DNA of 32,000 nt from contig CP023991.1 in the NCBI GenBank assembly GCA_003516025.1, positions 210,001 to 242,000 of the forward strand, written 5' to 3'. Below are positions 16,060-23,284 of the stretch, in pieces (position 1 is the first letter of the stretch; each line of letters starts with the position of its first letter). Source of the stretch: Candidatus Saccharimonadota bacterium. Its GTDB lineage: Bacteria > Patescibacteriota > Saccharimonadia > Saccharimonadales > UBA4665. Under the pieces are notes generated by a model. That model made no database searches. It was not told the origin of the DNA and saw only the letters and a program-made list of their open reading frames with translations. Position numbers and translations under genes: made by a program.

Positions 16060-16170
16060 ATGTCACGCAAAAATTGGGATAAAGAAGCAGAAAAGCAGTT
16101 TATGTCACTGGATAAAGACATTCAAGAAGACTGGGGTGACCTGTTTGAACTGACCCACAATGCCCGCTAA
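16060..16170 (+). CDS. 36-aa hypothetical small protein (not in the ORF track)
   Basis: AAGGAGAA RBS 8 nt upstream of the ATG. Sequence MSRKNWDKEAEKQFMSLDKDIQEDWGDLFELTHNAR. A strong terminator lies 22 nt downstream. Confidence 0.5.
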   Translation: MSRKNWDKEAEKQFMSLDKDIQEDWGDLFELTHNAR

Positions 16171-16192
16171 GCCATCATTTTCTTAATTTTCA

Positions 16193-16222
16193 CCGCCCTT
16201 GCCGCAAAGCAGGGCGGTTTTT
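16193..16222 (+). terminator. rho-independent terminator
   Basis: ccgccct(t)gc / gcagggcgg stem followed by TTTTT. Confidence 0.75.
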
Positions 16223-16235
16223 CTATGTACACAAT

Positions 16236-16272
16236 AATAAAAAAACTGCACAGAACGCAAAGTTCTGTGCAG
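16236..16272 (-). terminator. rho-independent terminator of the 16293-17039 gene
   Basis: 11-bp perfect stem ctgcacagaac / gttctgtgcag with a 5-nt loop and a T-run on the minus strand. Confidence 0.8.
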
Positions 16273-16292
16273 TCAAAGTTAAGTAACAAGTT

Positions 16293-17039
16293 CTAAGAAG
16301 AGCGGTTCTTCAGGTCCTGAGCTTTATCTTTAGCACGGTTAGCGCCAGTTTTCATGTCGCCGGCAACCTGGCCTTTAGCTGCCTGACCCTTATCGTACAG
16401 GTCACCAAGCATACGGGCGGCTACATCGCGGCCACCTAGACCGAATGCCAGCGCCATACCAAGGGCAATGCTGCCAAGGATGGCGGCATAGGTAATGGTA
16501 ACGATGGCCGGAGCGATCTTAAGCTGGTTCAGGATCATGAATGAGGCGATGCTCATAATGATGGTTGGGGCAGCGGTAGCGATTATTTTGCCAGTCGGGG
16601 TGTCACCCATAGCGTTAGCGACTAAGGTAGCGATACCACCGGAAATGGCACCGGCAACGAGGAAGATTACGAAGGCCGCCAGTACGTTAGGCAGGTAGCC
16701 GTAAATTGCCTTCAGAAAATCAGTAAAGGCAGGTACGCCAAGGATAGAAATGGCAATCGATACGCCAAACAGGAAAATGACCCAGTAAATAATGCTGGCA
16801 ATAAGTCCCATTGGATTTGGCAGGGCACGCTGGATGAAATTACCACCGGCACCGGCATGGAGACGCTGGTTGAGCTGCGCCCGGCCGAGCAGGTTATGGA
16901 CGGCAGCCGCTACGGCTTTAGCGACTAAGTAGCCGATTAAAATAATTACAAGTGCTTCCAGGAAGCGGGGCAGACCGTTGACGATATGTGTCAGAAAATC
17001 GCTGACATAATCACCAACGGATTTTGTTGTGTCACCCAT
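16293..17039 (-). CDS. membrane protein with conserved-TM-helix repeats (PF05552-like)
   Basis: 248 aa. Two or more repeats of the LP-x-(F/V)L-x-A-(L/F)VI(I/F)L(I/V) pattern. Basic, Ala/Lys-rich C-terminal tail. Confidence 0.6.
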   Translation of the reverse strand: MGDTTKSVGDYVSDFLTHIVNGLPRFLEALVIILIGYLVAKAVAAAVHNLLGRAQLNQRLHAGAGGNFIQRALPNPMGLIASIIYWVIFLFGVSIAISILGVPAFTDFLKAIYGYLPNVLAAFVIFLVAGAISGGIATLVANAMGDTPTGKIIATAAPTIIMSIASFMILNQLKIAPAIVTITYAAILGSIALGMALAFGLGGRDVAARMLGDLYDKGQAAKGQVAGDMKTGANRAKDKAQDLKNRSS

Positions 17040-17150
17040 GTGGTCTCCTTCAAATTAATAGTTAATACGTTTAATATACGTGGCTTGGAAGCCGCCAACT
17101 ATAAAATTTATTACTTAAAGAACTGAAGCGTTAGCGTAAACTTGCAAGTA

Positions 17151-17840
17151 ATGCACGTTCGAGACTACTTTGATTTTTTAAATGATGACAAACTACGTAG
17201 TATCCGTGACGTGGAACAGGCGCTGGCGCGGCTTAACAGCGTACTGCTGCGGACAAATTTGGAGCCGCTGGTTAATTTCAACCATACCTACTTGGTTATT
17301 ACGCGAAATGTCCGTCAGGCGGTAGTAGCCGACAAATTCGAGCATCCGACATTTTTGCATAATTTTGATACCAGGTTCGCGCATTATTATTTCGTGGCAC
17401 TCCGCAGCTACGTGGAGAGTAAACCTGCAGCGCCGGCGTGGCAGTCAGCGTTTGATGCCGCGCGTGGCAACGAAGTATCTCCGCTCATCGCGATGTCGCT
17501 CGGCGTTAACGCCCATGTTAACAATGACATTCCGCAAGTGTTGGTTGACACTAAGGCGTCGGGCATCCATTTGGCAGACTATAATCTGGTTAATGACATT
17601 ATTAAAGACAGTATCTACGAAGTTATAGAAGCCAGCTTGCGGAGGCATAACGGATTGGTTAACCCGAAGAACGCATTGCTTAAACCGGTTTTCAAAAAAT
17701 CGATGGATATTATTGTGCCACGCTGGCGCGACAAAGCATGGCAGCACTTTCAGGCACTACAAAGTGGTAAAACGACAGTCGCGGAAATTGAGGATTACGC
17801 CATGCTCATGAAGGGTGAGCTGACTAAGCTGCCTGTTTAA
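17151..17840 (+). CDS. hypothetical protein (DUF5995-like)
   Basis: 229 aa from the ATG at 17151. The pattern F..Y..IT..V...F.HP.F...FD..FA.YYF.A and GVNAHVNNDIP resembles DUF5995. The family assignment is from memory only. Confidence 0.5.
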   Translation: MHVRDYFDFLNDDKLRSIRDVEQALARLNSVLLRTNLEPLVNFNHTYLVITRNVRQAVVADKFEHPTFLHNFDTRFAHYYFVALRSYVESKPAAPAWQSAFDAARGNEVSPLIAMSLGVNAHVNNDIPQVLVDTKASGIHLADYNLVNDIIKDSIYEVIEASLRRHNGLVNPKNALLKPVFKKSMDIIVPRWRDKAWQHFQALQSGKTTVAEIEDYAMLMKGELTKLPV

Positions 17841-17853
17841 ATCATCAGACCAG

Positions 17854-18471
17854 TTAGATAGCGGGGTACTGGTCGGCTTTAAGTAAGCGAGCCAGATGAG
17901 TGGCGTTCGCTGCCAGGCTTTTAGTAGTTTTGGTGACACTTTCCGGTGTTTCCTGCAGATCTTTATAATCGGTGCTGCCCATGGCTTCGCCGACCCAGTA
18001 GGTAACGCCAATCGATGGGATGGTGAAGCCGACATCGTTGAGTGCCTGGAATAATTCCGCGCTCACGTGATGCGCTCCATCTTCATTGCCAACGACTGCC
18101 ACTACGGCAACTTTGCCATAGGTAAGCAAACGTCCCTGGTCGTCGGTCTCGCTGAGTTCGGCATCAAGCCGTTCGAGTACACGCTTGACGACGCTGCTAG
18201 GCTGGCCCATCCAGATAGGCGTGGCTAATAATAATATGTCGGCGTTCATGACCTGTTCGCGGATGGCTGGCCAAGCGTCGCCGGCGCCCATGTCTAGCTC
18301 CACGCCGGGTTTAATATCGTGGTCGACGGCCCGAATGAGGCTGGAAGTGATGTTGTACTGCTTCATTTCGTCCAGCACTTGCTGGGCAAGCAGTTCGCTG
18401 GATGAGGCGTCTTTGGATGACCGTAAGCTACAGGTTATGGCAAAAACGTTAAGTGGGGTAGTGTCGGGCAT
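17854..18471 (-). CDS. flavodoxin-like NAD(P)H-dependent FMN reductase family protein
   Basis: 205 aa. The CSLR(S)S...LLLATPIWMGQPSS pattern is typical of the FMN_red/flavodoxin_2 fold. An AGGAG RBS is present. Confidence 0.75.
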   Translation of the reverse strand: MPDTTPLNVFAITCSLRSSKDASSSELLAQQVLDEMKQYNITSSLIRAVDHDIKPGVELDMGAGDAWPAIREQVMNADILLLATPIWMGQPSSVVKRVLERLDAELSETDDQGRLLTYGKVAVVAVVGNEDGAHHVSAELFQALNDVGFTIPSIGVTYWVGEAMGSTDYKDLQETPESVTKTTKSLAANATHLARLLKADQYPAI

Positions 18472-18482
18472 GTGAGTCTCCT

Positions 18483-18599
18483 TTAGGAATGTAATGAATC
18501 TGGGGAAGTCGGGTGGGTGATCTTGCGGGTAACGCTACCGCTGGTTTTACTCTGCGGGGTATTCCAGCTGACGTGATCGCCTTTATGTGGTGTACTCAC
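18483..18599 (-). CDS. 38-aa DUF2945 (HVA-TUDOR)-like small protein, apparently truncated (not in the ORF track)
   Basis: AAGGAG is followed by 5 nt and then a GTG start. The peptide MSTPHKGDHVSWNTPQSKTSGSVTRKITH... matches the KGDxVxWN...G.V..KIT signature. The stop lies 11 nt before the reductase ATG. Confidence 0.5.
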   Translation of the reverse strand: MSTPHKGDHVSWNTPQSKTSGSVTRKITHPTSPDSLHS

Positions 18600-18661
18600 A
18601 CGGACTCCTTAGATAACGGAGCCAGTGTAACAACGTGTAGCGCGGGCGGCAGTAAAATAAG

Positions 18662-19048
18662 CTATTTTGCCGGCCGGAAACCGTAGGCGCGCATAGCGAC
18701 CAGGAGCGCCAACGCGAAAACAACTCCGGCTATACCGTAAAGGGCATCGATGATGTCAGGCGTATTTAAAATACTTACGACTGTCTCGACTAACAGATTA
18801 ATCAGTATCAACAGAGCGGCATTTGCCAAAATATACTTCCATGAAAATTTGGTCAGCATCGTTACTGAACCGATGCAGAACAGGTAGGTGACGACCAGGG
18901 AAAAGTTAGAAATATGGCTGCCCATATGTAGTGGCAATGTATTGTCACCGCGAACCAGTATCAGCGCCAGCATGGCAACCAGCACCACGTAGTAAACCAC
19001 GAATCCGAAAGTTGTAAATGTATACGGTGTTTTGACGTTTAGTTTCAT
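18662..19048 (-). CDS. integral membrane protein, function unknown
   Basis: 128 aa with four predicted TM segments. Confidence 0.6.
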   Translation of the reverse strand: MKLNVKTPYTFTTFGFVVYYVVLVAMLALILVRGDNTLPLHMGSHISNFSLVVTYLFCIGSVTMLTKFSWKYILANAALLILINLLVETVVSILNTPDIIDALYGIAGVVFALALLVAMRAYGFRPAK

Positions 19049-19095
19049 AAGATTTATCCAGTATTATGCAGGATTAGGCACCGCGTAGTAAACGC

Positions 19096-19632
19096 TTAAA
19101 TACCGGTAAGATATGTTTGCAGAGTTACGACCGTATCGCGTAAGTTGCTTTTAGCCGGATGTCCTGAATCGATGCCGGCAATCAGGTCGGCGGGTTCCAG
19201 CCACTGGGCGCTGACAAAATCGTCTGGGTTAAAATGAGGTGTTTTGTCGCTGCGCAGCAGGTAAATAGTGCGGATATAGCGCACTGAAACAGACTTCAGC
19301 TTCGCCACGAACTCGATATCATCGGGCGTAATGTCCATGTTTATTTCCTCTTTTGTCTCGCGGATTATTGTCTCCAGGTAATTTTCACCGGCTCCCACAT
19401 GCCCGGCGGCACTATAGTCGTAGCCGTTAGGGGCGATGGTTTTATTGGCTGTGCGAACAGGGATCCAAAGCTGACCTTGACTGTTTATTATAAATAATTC
19501 GGCAGCCCGTATATAGCCTGTGCCATCCTGCAGGAACTGCTTATAATCTTTACGGTTTACTGTGCTGATTACTTCGTCGTGCCCGTTTACTACATCTAAA
19601 ATTTCGTCATCCATGCTCGTATAGTACGGCAC
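19096..19632 (-). CDS. NUDIX hydrolase
   Basis: NUDIX box GHVGAGENYLETIIRETKEEINM. Start is the GTG at 19632 or the ATG at 19614. Confidence 0.8.
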   Translation of the reverse strand: MPYYTSMDDEILDVVNGHDEVISTVNRKDYKQFLQDGTGYIRAAELFIINSQGQLWIPVRTANKTIAPNGYDYSAAGHVGAGENYLETIIRETKEEINMDITPDDIEFVAKLKSVSVRYIRTIYLLRSDKTPHFNPDDFVSAQWLEPADLIAGIDSGHPAKSNLRDTVVTLQTYLTGI

Positions 19633-19717
19633 AGCTGGCAGTTAACCAATAGCGCAGTTGGGAGCCTTGTTTTCAGTTTCCTAACCCCACTACTTATGTA
19701 ATGAAATTGGGGGACTG

Positions 19718-19808
19718 CCAGACGGGAAGGAAAATGAAATAGTGAAGATGGTGGATGCGAAAATCGCATACCGACACATCGACGCTACGTCACATCCTCC
19801 CCGTCTGG
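19718..19808. repeat. 14-bp imperfect inverted repeat (13/14) enclosing a 63-nt partly self-complementary spacer
   Basis: ccagacgggaagga (19718-19731) versus tcctccccgtctgg (19795-19808). There is an inner atgcga-aaa-tcgcat hairpin. It lies at the left edge of the high-GC cassette. Confidence 0.6.
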
Positions 19809-19837
19809 AAGTTCTCTGTATCACACTGCCGTGACCG

Positions 19838-20329
19838 CTAGATGAAGTCACCCGGGTAGAGTGAGGCGGCCTCACGAGCCTGTTCGGTGTTGCCGAGCAG
19901 GAAGCGGGCGCGCGCCATCACGGTGCTGGTCGAGACGGGCTCTTCCTCTTCCTCGTCGTACGAGTCGTCGAACTGGCCGTAGCCGTCGGCTTCTTCGCCG
20001 GACCCGGTGTAGTCCAGGCCGTGGTTGAGGGGTTCGGAAGCGGCGTCGAGCTGCTTGACGATCATCCAGATGTCGGACACCCTGACGAGCAGCCAGTAGG
20101 CGTAGTCGTCCAGGTGGGGCTCCAGTTGGGTGTCGCGGTCGCAGTCCCAGAAGTAGATGTCCTCAGAGGTCCAGGCGTGGACGTCGAAGATGCTGCCGGG
20201 GCTGACGCCGCGCATGATGTCCTGGGTGCAGACGTAGACCTTGTCGGTGAACGTGGTGCCCATCAGGACGACGCGCCACTCGAGAGTGGGGATGCCTTGG
20301 CTGATGGGGACGAGCGCGGTGCTGGTCAT
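19838..20329 (-). CDS. 163-aa acidic hypothetical protein encoded in high-GC foreign-looking DNA
   Basis: GGAGGAAGC directly precedes the ATG at 20329. Nearly every codon ends in G/C. Poly-acidic tract DDSYDEEEEEP. No family recognised. Confidence 0.75.
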   Translation of the reverse strand: MTSTALVPISQGIPTLEWRVVLMGTTFTDKVYVCTQDIMRGVSPGSIFDVHAWTSEDIYFWDCDRDTQLEPHLDDYAYWLLVRVSDIWMIVKQLDAASEPLNHGLDYTGSGEEADGYGQFDDSYDEEEEEPVSTSTVMARARFLLGNTEQAREAASLYPGDFI

Positions 20330-20398
20330 GCTTCCTCCGGTAAAGTCAGGCGGATGGTGATCGGTTGTATGCGAGCGGAATGTGCTGGGCTGATTGGG

Positions 20399-20650
20399 CT
20401 AGTAGCTGCGCTCCTCGATCGTCCAGGCGAATGAAACTGTCGTGTCGCTGCACCGCACGTAGATGGTGTTGCCGTCGTGTTGGATGCGGTAGACGGTGTG
20501 GTTGTTCATCACGCCATGCGCTGCGACGGCGAGCTCACCTTCGAAGTCGCGCATCTCCTGCAGGTTGCGGGGGAGTTCCAGGAAGACATCGCGGACGAGC
20601 GCGGTGCGGTATGGGTACAGCTTGACCTCGCCGGTGATGGTAAAGTACAT
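20399..20650 (-). CDS. 83-aa hypothetical protein encoded in high-GC foreign-looking DNA
   Basis: GAAAGGA is followed by 6 nt and then the ATG at 20650. GC3 is 26/30 in the first 30 codons after that ATG, against 17/30 in the 30 codons of the upstream extension to 20740. Confidence 0.7.
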   Translation of the reverse strand: MYFTITGEVKLYPYRTALVRDVFLELPRNLQEMRDFEGELAVAAHGVMNNHTVYRIQHDGNTIYVRCSDTTVSFAWTIEERSY

Positions 20651-20837
20651 GTCGTGTCCTTTCGCAGAGCGGTGGGATAGCGGCTGATGCGGCTTAACGC
20701 GGGTCCTCGGTTGAGGAGCAATAGGCACGACAGTAGTCATGCGGGTTGTTCCTCAACTGAGTGGTGTAAAACAGAAAACTTGTTAAGGTACTTCGGAGCC
20801 AATAGCTAATAAGCCTTCGGTTCAACGAAGTAGCACT

Positions 20838-20866
20838 ATTTTAGCATAATAAGTATAAAAAGTCAA
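20838..20866 (-). promoter_or_regulatory. sigma70-type promoter upstream of the high-GC cassette
   Basis: TTGACT (20866-20861), 17-nt spacer, TAAAAT (20843-20838), read on the minus strand in AT-rich DNA. Confidence 0.65.
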
Positions 20867-20998
20867 TGCAAGACGCCGGTTTAGAAGAGTTAGATCAAAA
20901 TTCGGTGACCACGAGATGTGGTAATAGTAAAGGACACGTAGCGGGTCATTGGTGCGTATCACCGGTTCGTAAGTCATAGAATTGGTGTATGCCATAGC

Positions 20999-21877
20999 TT
21001 AAAGATTCTGCAAAAATCTACCCAAATCGTCAGGCGTATCGACGTAAGTCAACAACTCTGGTGCATATGTATATCCTAGAATAGTTTCGCGTTCCTTGCT
21101 ATCTGGACCAACAAGTATGCGGTATTGTGTTTCCATATTCAGCATATCGACATCATTCATTGCATTACCCGCAACAAGTATATTGTGTTCGTATATTCCA
21201 AAATATTTACACATATAGGATATAGCGCGAGCTTTAGTTACCTTACTCTTCATGTACTCCAGTGCTCCGTCTTGAAACACTGCTTTAATCGATCCGCCCG
21301 TAAATTCTAACTTTAAATTCTCAACATGAATAAAACTTTTCAGCTTAATCGAAACACTACTAATCAACTGTTTATTTAGATGCTCTTTAACATCAATCAG
21401 CGAGCCTGAGTAAACATCGGCGTAGTGCCCTCTTTGTTCTCGTGTACTCTCCACGTCGCTTGGTTCGGGGCACCAAATCTGAGCCTTACGAGACAAATCC
21501 GCAGGGTAAAAAACAAGGAATTGCACCATATCAATATTTAAACCCGTAAACTCCGTAAGCTTGTCGATATCTTTCGGGTTAAATTCGGATTCAACTATGA
21601 CTCTGCCCCACTTATCGACAATTTTGGCACCGTGCTCAACAGAGATTAAGGCTTTGTTATCAATAATACTTTCGAAATGCTCGCCGAGTGTTTCTTTCAT
21701 TCTCACGTACGGACGGCCCGTAGAGATCGTAGTGATAACACCGTGCTTACGCAAGTGCTCGAAGCCACGTATCACCTCATCAGGAATACTGCTGCTGTGA
21801 GGTGCAGTAATAGTACCGTCAATATCGAATACTGCCATTTGAGGTAATTTGTAGATAGGTTGTTCACCATCATCCAT
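20999..21877 (-). CDS. HAD-superfamily Cof-type (IIB) phosphatase
   Basis: Motif I FDIDGT, motif IV GNAMNDVDML. AT-rich gene. An alternative start is the ATG at 21838. Confidence 0.8.
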   Translation of the reverse strand: MDDGEQPIYKLPQMAVFDIDGTITAPHSSSIPDEVIRGFEHLRKHGVITTISTGRPYVRMKETLGEHFESIIDNKALISVEHGAKIVDKWGRVIVESEFNPKDIDKLTEFTGLNIDMVQFLVFYPADLSRKAQIWCPEPSDVESTREQRGHYADVYSGSLIDVKEHLNKQLISSVSIKLKSFIHVENLKLEFTGGSIKAVFQDGALEYMKSKVTKARAISYMCKYFGIYEHNILVAGNAMNDVDMLNMETQYRILVGPDSKERETILGYTYAPELLTYVDTPDDLGRFLQNL

Positions 21878-21976
21878 ATGTATTAAAGCATAACAGCTTC
21901 GGGTGATAATTTCTATGTATAAACGAAATTAGGACACCCGTATATGAAAATAAGACCGCAATCATGGGACAGGAAA

Positions 21977-22005
21977 TTGACATATAAAACTATAACTTAT
22001 ATAAT
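21977..22005 (+). promoter_or_regulatory. perfect consensus promoter TTGACA-17-TATAAT ending 8 nt before the ATG at 22014 (leaderless transcript likely)
   Basis: Positions were checked base by base. No SD lies between the -10 box and the start codon. Confidence 0.7.
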
Positions 22006-22013
22006 ATTAGATT

Positions 22014-22652
22014 ATGACATCATATGAACTGCCTGATTATGTAACTCCACATGATGGCAGCCAACCGATTGTTCCAGAACACGAGCAGGCATTAGTATCG
22101 CAGAAGTTAGAGTCACTCATCGATGATTTAATGCTTCAGCATACTGAGAATGTCTGGCATAACGGTTTTGCCAATGAAGACACATTATCTCTTAAAGTTC
22201 CTGACGGCTCAACGGCGCAAAACAGTTATTGGGCAGGTATTGTCATGAAAAAGACGGAAGGGTACCAGCCTAGTGGTTATTTTTCGCCCTCTGAGTATTC
22301 AGTTAAGGAAGTCTACTTTCAAAAAATAGTAGATGATGATGGACACGACCAATTTGCCTACCGTTTATATGGAGACGGGATAGTCCGCCGCTGGGATGGT
22401 AGTGATGTAATCGCTAAGATACGGGAACAACGTGAACTAGGGATTGAGGACGGAAATGGGGATGATGCCGACAGCATGTCCTGGGATGAGAGAGCCGATG
22501 CTGCCTGGGATTTATTCAGCACCATAGCATTTGAAGCGCCGAATGATCGGCTTGAGCGTCAGATGGGCCTGAACGAACAACCTGTTTCGCTAGCCGAAAT
22601 CGATGGACTTATAGACATGGTTACCCAGCCCGGTGTTGTTCCTCGTTATTAG
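22014..22652 (+). CDS. 212-aa acidic hypothetical protein
   Basis: Long ORF immediately downstream of the consensus promoter. No family recognised. Confidence 0.65.
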   Translation: MTSYELPDYVTPHDGSQPIVPEHEQALVSQKLESLIDDLMLQHTENVWHNGFANEDTLSLKVPDGSTAQNSYWAGIVMKKTEGYQPSGYFSPSEYSVKEVYFQKIVDDDGHDQFAYRLYGDGIVRRWDGSDVIAKIREQRELGIEDGNGDDADSMSWDERADAAWDLFSTIAFEAPNDRLERQMGLNEQPVSLAEIDGLIDMVTQPGVVPRY

Positions 22653-22727
22653 CGTTTATACTTTATCGTTAATTTGAACAGGTTTGAATCTTTTTACGGA
22701 TCAAACAATACTAACAGTAGCAAAATG

Positions 22728-22804
22728 TGGTACACCCGATAGGATTCGAACCTACGACCTTTGGTACCGGAAACCAACGCTCTATCCAGCTGAGCTACGG
22801 GTGC
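22728..22804 (-). tRNA. tRNA-Arg (anticodon CCG)
   Basis: 77-nt cloverleaf. Loop TTCCGGT, T-loop TTCGAAT, encoded CCA. Confidence 0.9.
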
Positions 22805-22847
22805 GTACAATTGGCTATTTTACCCTGTTTACTGGACGGAGTACAGC

Positions 22848-23246
22848 TTAGGCGTCTTCCTGCTCTTCTTCTGCTGGGTTATATGTATCGCCGCTATAGC
22901 CAATAATGGCGTAACCGACACTACCGAATAGCCCGCAAATTACCGCCCCAAAGAAGGTACTGCGGTCGAAGCGCTTGGCAATGGCAATACCCAGGACAAC
23001 GCTAAAGTAAATATTGACGATAGGTATGATTAAAAGGATCAGCCACCAACCCGGCTTGCTACCGACTTTGAGGGTCGTATACGTGTTATAAAATGGAATG
23101 ATAGCGGCCCAGCCAGGACGGCCGGCTTTAGTGAACATCTTCCATAAGCCAATAATGACAAACACTGCAAAAACAAGAGTGAGGGCGTTTAGGACGGGGT
23201 TGTCCTGGGTATTGGTTGAGGCTTGGGCAAACAGCTGGTGAAACAT
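22848..23246 (-). CDS. small membrane protein (DUF5684-like)
   Basis: 132 aa. The GRPGWAAIIPFYN...KPGWWLILLIIP pattern and an acidic C-terminal tail. Confidence 0.55.
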   Translation of the reverse strand: MFHQLFAQASTNTQDNPVLNALTLVFAVFVIIGLWKMFTKAGRPGWAAIIPFYNTYTTLKVGSKPGWWLILLIIPIVNIYFSVVLGIAIAKRFDRSTFFGAVICGLFGSVGYAIIGYSGDTYNPAEEEQEDA

Positions 23247-23284
23247 GCGGTAATCCTTACGTTATGAGCACAGTATAGCAAACG

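Noticed and set aside
19690-19875. 61-aa minus-strand ORF overlapping the inverted-repeat element and the 3' end of the 163-aa gene
   Set aside because: It has no RBS, overlaps a better-supported gene, and its product is Ser/Arg-rich low-complexity sequence. The region is better explained as a structured non-coding junction.
20021-20687. Plus-strand ORFs 20021-20434, 20365-20625, 20477-20680 and 20496-20687, and minus-strand 20509-20721, in the high-GC segment
   Set aside because: Stop codons are rare in high-GC DNA, so long antisense or off-frame ORFs arise by chance. The products are Arg/Gly/Ala-rich low-complexity sequences, and they lack the GC3 skew and SDs of the two accepted genes.
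20651-20740. N-terminal 30-codon extension of the high-GC 83-aa ORF (the 113-aa version in the track, ATG at 20740)
   Set aside because: GC3 is only 17/30 in the extension against 26/30 just after the internal ATG. The extension is P/R/H-rich, like translated non-coding DNA. The internal ATG at 20650 has a well-spaced GAAAGGA SD. An upstream GAGGAA exists, so the long form is not fully excluded.
19640-22727. Search for an integrase, or for an att-type duplicate of the tRNA-Arg(CCG) 3' end, delimiting a classical genomic island
   Set aside because: I found by eye no recombinase-like ORF and no copy of the tRNA 3' segment (tggtacacccgataggattcgaacc). The region is reported only as a compositional mosaic.
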